Shown here one piece after another: positions 33,786-42,500 of a stretch of DNA of 56,455 nt; within the stretch, counting starts at the first letter, position 1; every line of letters starts with the position of its first letter. The DNA is taken from the IMG/VR virus record IMGVR_UViG_3300045988_124381. One strand, written 5' to 3'. A program made the position numbers and the translations under genes. A model generated the notes under the pieces. The model was not told the origin of the DNA and ran no database searches. It worked only from the letters and a program-made list of their open reading frames with translations. This DNA comes from a virus.

Positions 33786-34568
33786 ATGTCAGCAGGATTT
33801 AAGTACAACATTGAGCCTGAGCCGTCCATCGAGGAACGCTATGACGTTTCCACCGGTGTAAGACGTAGAGGCCCTTACAAGCTGGAGACGACCAACCTTG
33901 TTGCTGGTTCATTTCTTCCATCCTTCACTCCGATTGCCGCTGATTTGGTAAAGAAAACCGCTCAGGTGGCCATCCGTGTAGAAGTCTATGAAAAGTTTAC
34001 CACTGGTTCCAATACCACTTTGAAGATCAAGACAAACTCTTTGGCTTATGTGGGTATGCATCTAGGTAATGGTTCTCATGGAGCTACCATCAATAGTATT
34101 GACAAATCAAACAAAGCTTTCGATAAGTTGACGCTGGCCGCCGACTTTGGTGAAACATTGGAAGCCGGTACTGTACTCTATGAAGCGACAGCTGTAGATG
34201 GTACTACCCCGAAGGTTATTGCCAACTCAGCCTTGTACGGAAGAGTACAAGTTGAAGAAGGCATCGTATTAGTTGCCCTTTTGATGCGAGCTTTTGAAAT
34301 CGAGCCAACAAAGTTGGTTATGCCTTTCTCTGATATTGATAAAGCTAATATGCCGCATTTCCAGTTCAACGCTGCTGGTGTGCAATCACCGGCTGGTGTT
34401 TCGTATGAACTGCCAGAAGCATCTGATTCTGTAATGGGAGGTATTCAATTAGGATTTTCTCAAAGCGGAAAGAAATATCCAGTAGCATTGGAAGGTGGTA
34501 AAGCTTATGTTGAAGTTCCTTGGACTGATAATAACATACCTATCAGGCAGCTAACTCAAGCACTTTAG
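33786..34568 (+). CDS. Putative head decoration / capsid accessory protein
   Basis: Position between scaffold and major capsid; C-terminal fibre-like S-x-x-x-G-x-I-Q-L-G motif. Confidence 0.4.
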   Translation: MSAGFKYNIEPEPSIEERYDVSTGVRRRGPYKLETTNLVAGSFLPSFTPIAADLVKKTAQVAIRVEVYEKFTTGSNTTLKIKTNSLAYVGMHLGNGSHGATINSIDKSNKAFDKLTLAADFGETLEAGTVLYEATAVDGTTPKVIANSALYGRVQVEEGIVLVALLMRAFEIEPTKLVMPFSDIDKANMPHFQFNAAGVQSPAGVSYELPEASDSVMGGIQLGFSQSGKKYPVALEGGKAYVEVPWTDNNIPIRQLTQAL

Positions 34569-34681
34569 GATTGGTAAAGCAAGGTACAAAAGTAGATGAT
34601 GCAGCAGGTGGTGATGAAAAAGACAAAATCAACGCTCTTCTCGCATCATTAAGAGCAGCTGGTATTATCGCAAGCAAATAA
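34535..34681 (+). other. -1 frame C-terminal extension ORF overlapping the end of 33786-34568
   Basis: Frame -1 is open from 34535 and reads HTYQAANSSTLGLVKQGTKVDDAAGGDEKDKINALLASLRAAGIIASK; no ATG of its own. Confidence 0.4.
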
Positions 34682-34699
34682 AGAAAGGAGGACTAATAT

Positions 34700-35803
34700 A
34701 TGATGCTAACCATTCATACACTTTTCAATGACCCGAACATCGTGAACGCAGTCATTCAGCGCGTCCTTCAGACACGTAAGGATGCTATCTATTGGCAGCA
34801 GTATCTCACGTTCCGCCGCACAACAACCCGTGTATTCAAGGACTACATCGGTACGGTAACAGGAGTTATGGCAGGTTCCATCAACTCACGCTATGGTGCT
34901 AAGCCTATCCGTGAGCGTAGGGAAATCGGCTCGGGGTATGGTGAAATCGCCTACTTGGGCGACCGCTACCAAATCTCCATTGACCGCCTTAGCGACTTGC
35001 AGGACTTGGTGGACAAGTACAACGCCGCCAAGACAGCCGACCAGGTGCAGGCTATGCGTGAAATCGTGGACTTCATCTACGACGATTACCGCCAGGCACT
35101 CCTTGCCGCCCACAAGCGCATGGACATCGTGGTAGGCTCGTTGCTGATGACCGGAAAAGCTACGGTGAAGAACAAGGACGACAATGCCGCCGGAGTGGAC
35201 TTGCTGAATATCGAACTCCCGTTCAAGGTCATCACTCCAACTTCTGGTGACAAGACGAACTTCATCACCTACCTGCAACAGCAAATCAATGCGTTGGCTC
35301 CGGACTACGGCGTGTTCCCGAAGATGATTATGTCCCGTGGTACGTTTGTCAAGAACATCATCGGCTCGGCAGAGTTCGGCGACAAGTTTAAGATGCAGCT
35401 TTCCGGCAATGAGATGTACCTCTCCACCGGATTGATTACATCGCAGCTGGCATCGCAGGTGTTCACAGGCATCGGGCTTCCGGCCATCGAAATCAAGGAA
35501 GACTACGTGAAAGACCAGACGGGAAAGAACGTGGCCATCTATGCCGACGACCGCATCACCCTCTTGCCGCAAGACCGTATTGGCTACATGCGTTGGCACA
35601 CTCCGTATGAAGCCACAGACCCGACGCCCGGACGCAACTATTCCGGTACGGACGATGACAGGACTGGTTCAAACGGAGGTATGCTGATTTGTGGCTACAA
35701 GGACGACAACGGACGTTATCTTGAATACACTGCAGAGTGGATTCCACAGATCACAAATCCGAACTTGATTGTTAACTTCGATTTGACAACAATGAACGCA
35801 TGA
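34700..35803 (+). CDS. Major capsid protein (gpE-like)
   Basis: Size, position and strong aaggagga upstream; N-terminus resembles the major capsid protein E family. Confidence 0.6.
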   Translation: MMLTIHTLFNDPNIVNAVIQRVLQTRKDAIYWQQYLTFRRTTTRVFKDYIGTVTGVMAGSINSRYGAKPIRERREIGSGYGEIAYLGDRYQISIDRLSDLQDLVDKYNAAKTADQVQAMREIVDFIYDDYRQALLAAHKRMDIVVGSLLMTGKATVKNKDDNAAGVDLLNIELPFKVITPTSGDKTNFITYLQQQINALAPDYGVFPKMIMSRGTFVKNIIGSAEFGDKFKMQLSGNEMYLSTGLITSQLASQVFTGIGLPAIEIKEDYVKDQTGKNVAIYADDRITLLPQDRIGYMRWHTPYEATDPTPGRNYSGTDDDRTGSNGGMLICGYKDDNGRYLEYTAEWIPQITNPNLIVNFDLTTMNA

Positions 35804-36114
35804 TAGCAAAAGACTACATATCACAGAAGTTTCAGACCTTCGGCATTAATTTGTCGGAGGCTGACCTTTTGGAGATAAGTCTGTCTTCAGAGATAAGCGG
35901 AGAGGATGAGATGGACCAGTCAAACATCGGTTTCGTGTCGGTAGCTATGGCGAAGTTCATCCCCTCTCTATTACTTAAAGCCACTTCAATCAGCGAGAAC
36001 GGTTTCTCTATGTCTTGGAATATTCAAGGTGTAAAGGAATATTACTCGTTTTTATGTAAGAAGTACGGACTTGAAGACACTCTGTCAGATAAACCTAAAG
36101 TCAGATTCCTATGA
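35800..36114 (+). CDS. Putative head-tail connector (gp6-like)
   Basis: Position and size; overlapping starts. Confidence 0.4.
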   Translation: MIAKDYISQKFQTFGINLSEADLLEISLSSEISGEDEMDQSNIGFVSVAMAKFIPSLLLKATSISENGFSMSWNIQGVKEYYSFLCKKYGLEDTLSDKPKVRFL

Positions 36115-36434
36115 TATTTGCTCCACATACATTACAAGTTAAGGTTACTACTTCGATGGAAGAAGACGAGTTCGGCCGGCCTATTCCAGAAACAGGTGGT
36201 GAAAGCTGGCAGGACGTGTGTAGGTGCCGATGCGACGACAACTCTACCAAAGAGTTTACTTCGGAGAACGGTGAAGTGTATCGACCGAATTACCACGTAG
36301 TATGTGAGAAGAAAATCTCTCTGAAGGCTGGTGATGAAGTCAGATGTATGGATGGTGAGAATGTTAGAGGAGCAGGCAAGGTTTATATGGTAAAAAATAC
36401 TAACTATTTTGGATACTCAGAGATATGGCTGTAA
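36111..36434 (+). CDS. Putative head closure / head-tail adaptor
   Basis: Position and size. Confidence 0.4.
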   Translation: MIFAPHTLQVKVTTSMEEDEFGRPIPETGGESWQDVCRCRCDDNSTKEFTSENGEVYRPNYHVVCEKKISLKAGDEVRCMDGENVRGAGKVYMVKNTNYFGYSEIWL

Positions 36435-36721
36435 AGTTTGATTTTTCGGATGTGGATAGCTTTTTCGAGCAAGGTTATGCAGAGGTGAAAGCTATTGAGG
36501 AAAAAGTAGGAAAGGAAGCTGTCGATTACGCTGTGAAGAATGGCAACTATCAGAACCGGACCGGAACACTCCGTAAGTCAAACAAATATTCAGTTCAAGA
36601 TGACGGACTGGAGTTAAGGAATGAAGCCGAATACGCTTCGTTCGTAGAATCCAAAGGATACGAGGTCCTGACTGGTGCAGCCCTATTTGCTGAGAAACGA
36701 TTGAAGGAGGAAATCAAATGA
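36425..36721 (+). CDS. HK97 gp10-like head-tail joining protein
   Basis: NRTGTLRKSN motif and AEYASFVE typical of the gp10 family. Confidence 0.55.
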   Translation: MAVKFDFSDVDSFFEQGYAEVKAIEEKVGKEAVDYAVKNGNYQNRTGTLRKSNKYSVQDDGLELRNEAEYASFVESKGYEVLTGAALFAEKRLKEEIK

Positions 36722-37014
36722 AACGAATATTCAAGTATGAATTGATTGTAGCAAACCATTCAAAATTATGCCTACCTGTAGGAGCAAAAATATTATCTGT
36801 TCAAGCACAACGAGATACTGTTTGTTTATGGGCATTAGTAGATGAATGTCAAAAAGATTTATGCTTAGTGGACATTTTTATGTATGCAACAGGGCAAAAT
36901 GTTTCTGATAAAGACTTGGAAGATAAAAGATTTGCCGGGACTGTTCAACTTGATGAACTGGTTCTTCATGTATTCCTTCAGTATGAAAATAATATTCAAT
37001 ATTTGATTGTATGA
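36718..37014 (+). CDS. Conserved prophage beta-rich small protein inserted within the head-tail genes
   Basis: IFKYEL...LPVGAKILSVQAQ...LWALVD...LHVF pattern seen in many prophages. Confidence 0.4.
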   Translation: MKRIFKYELIVANHSKLCLPVGAKILSVQAQRDTVCLWALVDECQKDLCLVDIFMYATGQNVSDKDLEDKRFAGTVQLDELVLHVFLQYENNIQYLIV

Positions 37015-37403
37015 TAGTAACCACCGACATAGCGAACATACTTTACCGTGATTGCCAGTCTTTCGGCATATCCATCGTTCCCCACGGAAAGAAGTTGACG
37101 GGTGAATTGAAATCCGAAAGGATCGTCATTCACGCTAAAAAGCAGCAACCTGAAACGTACTGGAAGAAGTCTTTCGTGGAAGTGAACCTTTGTGTTCCAG
37201 ACCTGAAAGAAGGTGAAGCCAACACCATCCGGCTGAACGAACTTGAAAAACAGGCTCAAAAGCTGTTTGACGGCGTAACCGGACGCTATGACGGTACCAC
37301 CTATCATTATTCCATCGATACAATCGGAACTGAGGAGGACACATCCTTAAAGTGTCATTATGTGAATGTAAGAATTTTGTTTGAAGTTTTAAATGTGAAA
37401 TAA
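37011..37403 (+). CDS. Putative tail terminator / tail completion protein
   Basis: Position directly upstream of the major tail gene. Confidence 0.4.
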   Translation: MIVTTDIANILYRDCQSFGISIVPHGKKLTGELKSERIVIHAKKQQPETYWKKSFVEVNLCVPDLKEGEANTIRLNELEKQAQKLFDGVTGRYDGTTYHYSIDTIGTEEDTSLKCHYVNVRILFEVLNVK

Positions 37404-37404
37404 T

Positions 37405-37956
37405 ATGGCAGAAGCAAAGAAAATCACAGCCGTGAATATCAAAAAACTTTTATATGGAGAAACAAGCGGGATTTCCGCGGATTTGACAGGACAGGCTTTG
37501 TACACTCTTTTGCAAGGTGACACATTGAAAGAAGTTAAAAATATTCATGGCGACACATGGACGCTTGAAGAAGCGGAAGCAAGCCGAACCAATTATAAAA
37601 ATCAGCTCACGGGTCAGACCTATCGCAGTGAAAAGGAAATGGGCGACGTGACCGTCAACTTTACGATTGGTGAATACGACTATCCGACGAAGAAAGACCT
37701 TATGGGTGGTGATGTTATCAACACTGATAAAGGCTGGAAGCGTGCAAGGGGCAAGGTGAACATCGAAAAGTTGATTGTTGCCCTGACCGAAGACGACCAG
37801 TATTGCGTCATTCCCCGCGCAGATATCGGGGCTCGTGAAGCGACTACAGATAAGGCTATTGGGCTTCCGGTGAGTGCTGTAGAACTTGAGCCGAAAGACT
37901 CCGCTATCGCTCCAGAATACTGGTTTGATTCCGAAGAGGTAAAAGCTGGCATGTAA
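37405..37956 (+). CDS. Major tail protein
   Basis: Position upstream of the chaperone pair and tape measure; followed by a terminator-like hairpin. Confidence 0.5.
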   Translation: MAEAKKITAVNIKKLLYGETSGISADLTGQALYTLLQGDTLKEVKNIHGDTWTLEEAEASRTNYKNQLTGQTYRSEKEMGDVTVNFTIGEYDYPTKKDLMGGDVINTDKGWKRARGKVNIEKLIVALTEDDQYCVIPRADIGAREATTDKAIGLPVSAVELEPKDSAIAPEYWFDSEEVKAGM

Positions 37957-38034
37957 TGCCTATCCGATAGGTAGAGATTATATTCCATAACAGGGGTGGG
38001 CTTTATGGCTTCACCCCCTTAATTATTTTTTTAC

Positions 38035-38418
38035 ATGAATCAAGGTGCAAAAATCATATCAGAATCCATTATTGGCGGTGATTTCAGAACGGTATTTGTT
38101 GGAGGAAAAGCTTATACTGTCTATCCGCCTACAATCTATAAGTTAGTCGGAGCTATCTCCCATCTGTCAGACGTACAAGAGGCCGAAAACTTGAAAAATG
38201 TTCTGCTCTCCTTGGGAGAAAGCGAGGCTTATTCCAAGGCATTATCCTGGCTGATTACAGGTGATGAAAGTTTGAGTGAGGAGTTAGCTAAAGGAACATA
38301 TGAAGAAAATGTGAACGCATTAGATGAAGCCTTTTCCATGATTGATTCAAAGGTTTTTCTCAAAGCTGTCAGCTTGGCGAGGAACGTAAGCCTGCTGGCA
38401 GCGAAACCGAGGTTGTAG
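38035..38418 (+). CDS. Tail assembly chaperone (G-like)
   Basis: Position upstream of the tape measure; -1 frame overlap with the next ORF. Confidence 0.55.
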   Translation: MNQGAKIISESIIGGDFRTVFVGGKAYTVYPPTIYKLVGAISHLSDVQEAENLKNVLLSLGESEAYSKALSWLITGDESLSEELAKGTYEENVNALDEAFSMIDSKVFLKAVSLARNVSLLAAKPRL

Positions 38419-38615
38419 GAAATGATACTCTCTTGGGACAGATTGCGTCGTTCATGGAAAACCTGCATCTGTCATACCGGGAAGTGGTCTACGAGATATC
38501 ATACAGGAATTTAGTATTAATGCAGCGCGATAAGCTCCATACCGTTACCGGGACCAAGGTTACAAAGGTGAAGGGTAAGGATATGGCTTCGCGCAGAAGA
38601 AGAAACAAGAAATAG
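38346..38615 (+). CDS. Tail assembly chaperone -1 frameshift extension (T-like)
   Basis: Frame -1 relative to 38035-38418 is open from 38346; T5 run at 38354-38358; basic C-terminus. Confidence 0.45.
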   Translation, partial: FKGFSQSCQLGEERKPAGSETEVVGNDTLLGQIASFMENLHLSYREVVYEISYRNLVLMQRDKLHTVTGTKVTKVKGKDMASRRRRNKK

Positions 38616-38674
38616 ATATGGCTCTATTAGAATGTTAAAAAGCAACAGAAACGTTACTTTTTTACGTTACAAAG

Positions 38675-38706
38675 TTTGCTTAATAGTAACGAAAATGTTA
38701 CCTTTG
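38675..38706 (+). promoter_or_regulatory. Promoter TTTG-N20-TACCTTTG for hicAB-2 with ACGTTAC/GTAACG repeats
   Basis: -7 region tacctttgcat is identical to the hicAB-1 promoter. Confidence 0.6.
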
Positions 38707-38733
38707 CATTGTCAATTAAAAGTTCTTTGATTT

Positions 38734-38919
38734 ATGAAGTTTTCAGAGTTTTACAAATTGATTGAGTCAGCAGGCTGGACAATCGAAAAGGGAAAGAAAC
38801 ATCACAAGTATGTTCATCCCGACTTTGACTACTTTATCCCTGTAGGCAGACATCCGGCCAAAGAGATACCTAAAGGTACTCTTGACAGCATGATGAAAAA
38901 GGCGGGGTTAAAGAAGTAA
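38734..38919 (+). CDS. hicA: HicA-family toxin
   Basis: GWTIEKGKKHHKYVHPDFDYFIPVGRHPAKEIPKGTLDSMMKKAGL. Confidence 0.8.
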   Translation: MKFSEFYKLIESAGWTIEKGKKHHKYVHPDFDYFIPVGRHPAKEIPKGTLDSMMKKAGLKK

Positions 38920-38977
38920 AAGAACAGCACCCACTTCGGTGGGTGCATTTAATTGACAAAACTTAAAATACACGATT

Positions 38978-39382
38978 ATGAAGAAGATTCAGGCTATTAT
39001 TGAAAAAGCAGATGATGGAGGAATCTCTATCTATTCTGAAGATGTAAACGGTGCGTATGGCTTTGGGCTTACAGAACAAGAAGCGAAAGAGGACTTTATT
39101 TCTGTTTTAGAGGAACAGGCAGAATATTACAAAGAAAAACATGGTGAATTTCCAAGTTGGTATAAAGCTGGCTATTCTGTGGAGTATGTGTATGACTTAA
39201 GTGGATTTTTTGAGGCATTTCCGTTCATCAATGCCAGTAAGTTCGCAAAGGAAATAGGTTTAAATGAATCTGTGATGCGAAAATATAAAGGCAAGATCGT
39301 AACAGCTTCCGAGAAACAGAAAGCATATATACAATCCAAATACAATGAAATTCTTAAAAGAATGGAACTTGTCAAGTTTTGA
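38978..39382 (+). CDS. hicB: HicB-family antitoxin
   Basis: IQAIIEKADDGGISIYSEDVNGAYGFGLTEQEAKEDF N-terminal HicB fold pattern. Confidence 0.6.
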   Translation: MKKIQAIIEKADDGGISIYSEDVNGAYGFGLTEQEAKEDFISVLEEQAEYYKEKHGEFPSWYKAGYSVEYVYDLSGFFEAFPFINASKFAKEIGLNESVMRKYKGKIVTASEKQKAYIQSKYNEILKRMELVKF

Positions 39383-39432
39383 TATTCCAGCCGTGAGGCT
39401 TTGATATAAATTAAAGAACAAATTGACAATTT

Positions 39433-39459
39433 GGCGCATCATTATGATGCGCCTTTTTT
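39433..39459 (+). terminator. Rho-independent terminator
   Basis: ggcgcatc/gatgcgcc stem then tttttt. Confidence 0.75.
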
Positions 39460-39582
39460 ATTAAAACACTGAAAAACACAAATACGCAACAATAGGTTTA
39501 TTGTTTGGTATTAATCATCGTAAAAACTGAATATTAATGAATTGAGGTGTAACTTCAAACATTAATATTCAGTTTATAATAT

Positions 39583-42500
39583 ATGGCTACACTTGTATTC
39601 CGCGTAAGCGCACAATATGATGAAGTTATAAGACTTCGTAATGAGATTAGTAAGCTGGAAGCCCAGTTAAAGAAGATGGACGTAAACAAATCCCCTGCAG
39701 CTGCAAAGGCTTTAGAAACACAACTGGCATCCACCCGTCAGCAGATGATGGGACTGGTAACTGAGGCGGCTAAAGCTGGCGCAGTGATGGAGAAAGACTT
39801 TAAATCCAATATTTACAATGCCTCACAATCTGTAAATGATTTTACTCAAAAAATTATTGACCAGAAAAGAGTTGTCAAAGACGTAGAACATGATGTTAAG
39901 CGGTTGGGCGATGCTTATAAAACAGCTTTAAAAAGAAATCCGACGGGAGCTGCAGGCTTATTATCAGAATACCAATCTGCAAAGAAGACTCTCGATGAAG
40001 AAAGAGCTACTTTATTTGGTTTGACTCAGCAGCAGGCTGAAGCCCGTCTTTCAGTAAAGAGACTGAAGGATGAATATGCAGCCTTTAAGGAAGAAGCAGG
40101 TGAAACGGTCGAAGCAAATGAAAAGATGTCCGTTTCCTTAACCAAAGTACTTGGTGTAATAGGTGGAGTAACTGCCTTGAAAACCTTTGCCACGGAACTT
40201 GTCAATGTACGAGGACAATTCCAGCAGCTTGAAATTGCTTTTTCAACCATGCTGAAAAGTAAGGAAAAAGCAGATAAACTGATGTCGGAACTGGTGGATA
40301 TTGCCGCAAAGACACCCTTCGACCTTCAAGGGGTGGCATCATCTGCCAAACAAATGATTGCTTATGGCTCGTCAGCCGAGAATGTGGGTAATGAGCTTGT
40401 AATGTTGGGGAATGTAGCCGCCGGTGTTGGATCTCAACTCAGTGAAATTGCTTATCTCTATGGTACATTAAGGACGCAGGGTAGAGCTTATGCCACAGAT
40501 ATTCGTCAATTTGCAGGACGTGGTATCCCTATTTATGAAGAACTGGCAAAGGTTCTTGGTGTTACAAAGGACGAAGTTTCCGGTTTGGTCACAGCAGGTA
40601 AGGTTGGCTTTAAGGAAGTAGAACAGGCATTCAAGAACATGACCAGCGAATCCGGAATCTATTATAATTTGATGCAGGAGCAGTCAAAATCTCTTACGGG
40701 GCAGTTAAGTAATCTTGGGGATGCTTGGGACACCATGCTCAATGAAATCGGTAAGGACACACAAGGAATAGCATCCTCCGGAATATCTGCTGTGAAGGGG
40801 CTGATTGAGAACTATGAAACGGTAGGTAAGGTCTTATTGGGATTGATAGCTACTTATGGAACTTATAAAACGGCTCTAATTGTTACGAGAATTACTCAAG
40901 ATGCGTTGACTGCACGTATGGAGCTTGCAATACTTGTAACTAAAGCACAGACTGTAGCGCAAAAGGCATTGAATTTGGCAATGAGCGTTAATCCGTATGC
41001 TGCGATAGCAACAGTTGTGGTAGTCACGAGTGCCGCTTTGTTAAATTATGCTAGTAATCTTGATAAATGCAAGAAGGGAATTGATGCATACAATAAATCT
41101 GTTGAGGAGGCAGCAAGGAAAGAGGCAGAGCATAAGGAAGAAATTGAAAAGCTTTTGTCAGTAGCGCAGGATGAACAGTCTTCTACTGAAGACAGAAAAG
41201 AAGCATTGATTCGTCTTGAGCAAAAATATCCAGACATATTCAAGAAATATAAAACAGAGGCAGACATGCTTCGTGATATATTGAATATAAAAAAACAAAT
41301 TAATGAGGAAGATGAACGAAGAAGAAATGTTTCCGATCAAGAAGAACTAAATAGATTGAATGCGGAAATCAATAAACTGAATGAAGCCATTAAATCGGCA
41401 TCGCAGTCTGGTGCTGGATTATCCATACAGTCATTGGTTAATGAAAAGAACAATCTTATTAAGCAGCGTGATCTGAAACAGGAGGAAGTTAATAAGAAAC
41501 GACATGATGAAATACTCTCAGACCTTTCTGGCTATTCTAATGAGCAACTTCAAAAAGAGGTGGACGTGAGAGAACGTTTGATGAAACGTTTGGAAAATGC
41601 TCAAAAGCTAGGAAATTCTGTCAAAAATGGTAAAATATTGAATGGAATATTGCCTGGTATCAAGACCAACGAACAGTTGCAAGCCGAGAAGCAAGCTATT
41701 GAACGGGAACTGAATAATAGAGGAAAGACAAATGATGAAACAAAAAACAAAAAGTATTGGGAAGATAAAAAGAAAGAAGCTGAAGCGGCTCGTGATGCGT
41801 TAGATGTATCTGAGAAAAATTCTGAAGAATGGAATAGATATACTCAGCAGATACAAGAAGCTCAGTCCCAGATTGAAAAGTATTCTGATTCTAGCACAAT
41901 TTTAAAAGACGCCGAGCGACAAAAGAAAGAGCAGCAACAGCTTGCAGAAGAACTCCTTCAGATTCGTAGGACCAATCAGCAGAACGAAATCAACCTGATG
42001 GAAGATGGGGCTGAAAAGAAGCGTAGACAGATTGAGCTGGATTACCAGAAAGAAATCGACGAAATTAAGAAGCAACGTCAAAAATGGGAAGATACACAAG
42101 GTGGAAAGCTTACGTCTGAACAGCGAGATGTATTGGGAAATCGTGCATCTAATGCCATGCAGTCACGTGAAAAAGGTCTAGCCGCAATTACAGATACTGA
42201 AAATCAGGCTGCTATTGAAGCTAACGAACGCTACCTGAAAAACTACGGCACGTTCATGCAAAAAAGACAGGCTATCACCGATGAGTACACCCGTAAAATA
42301 TCAGAGGCCACTACTCAGGGAGACAAGGACATACTCCAGAAAGAAATGGAGAAGGCTCTTTCCTCCCTTGATCTTGAAAAACTGAGGCAAGGCATCAACT
42401 GGGAACTTGTCTTCGGTGACTTGGATAAGGTATCTAAAGAGTCCTTGAACAAAGTGAAGCAGCAGCTTAGAGATTTTAAGAACTCGGATGAGTATAAGAA

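Noticed and set aside
34886-35599. 237-aa minus-strand ORF inside the major capsid gene. Similar long antisense ORFs occur at 28704-29243 (TerL), 43455-44081 (tape measure), 53382-54134 (endolysin) and 13026-13526.
   Set aside because: They lie fully antisense to genes with clear family motifs or essential positions and have no motifs of their own. Their composition is typical of shadow ORFs.
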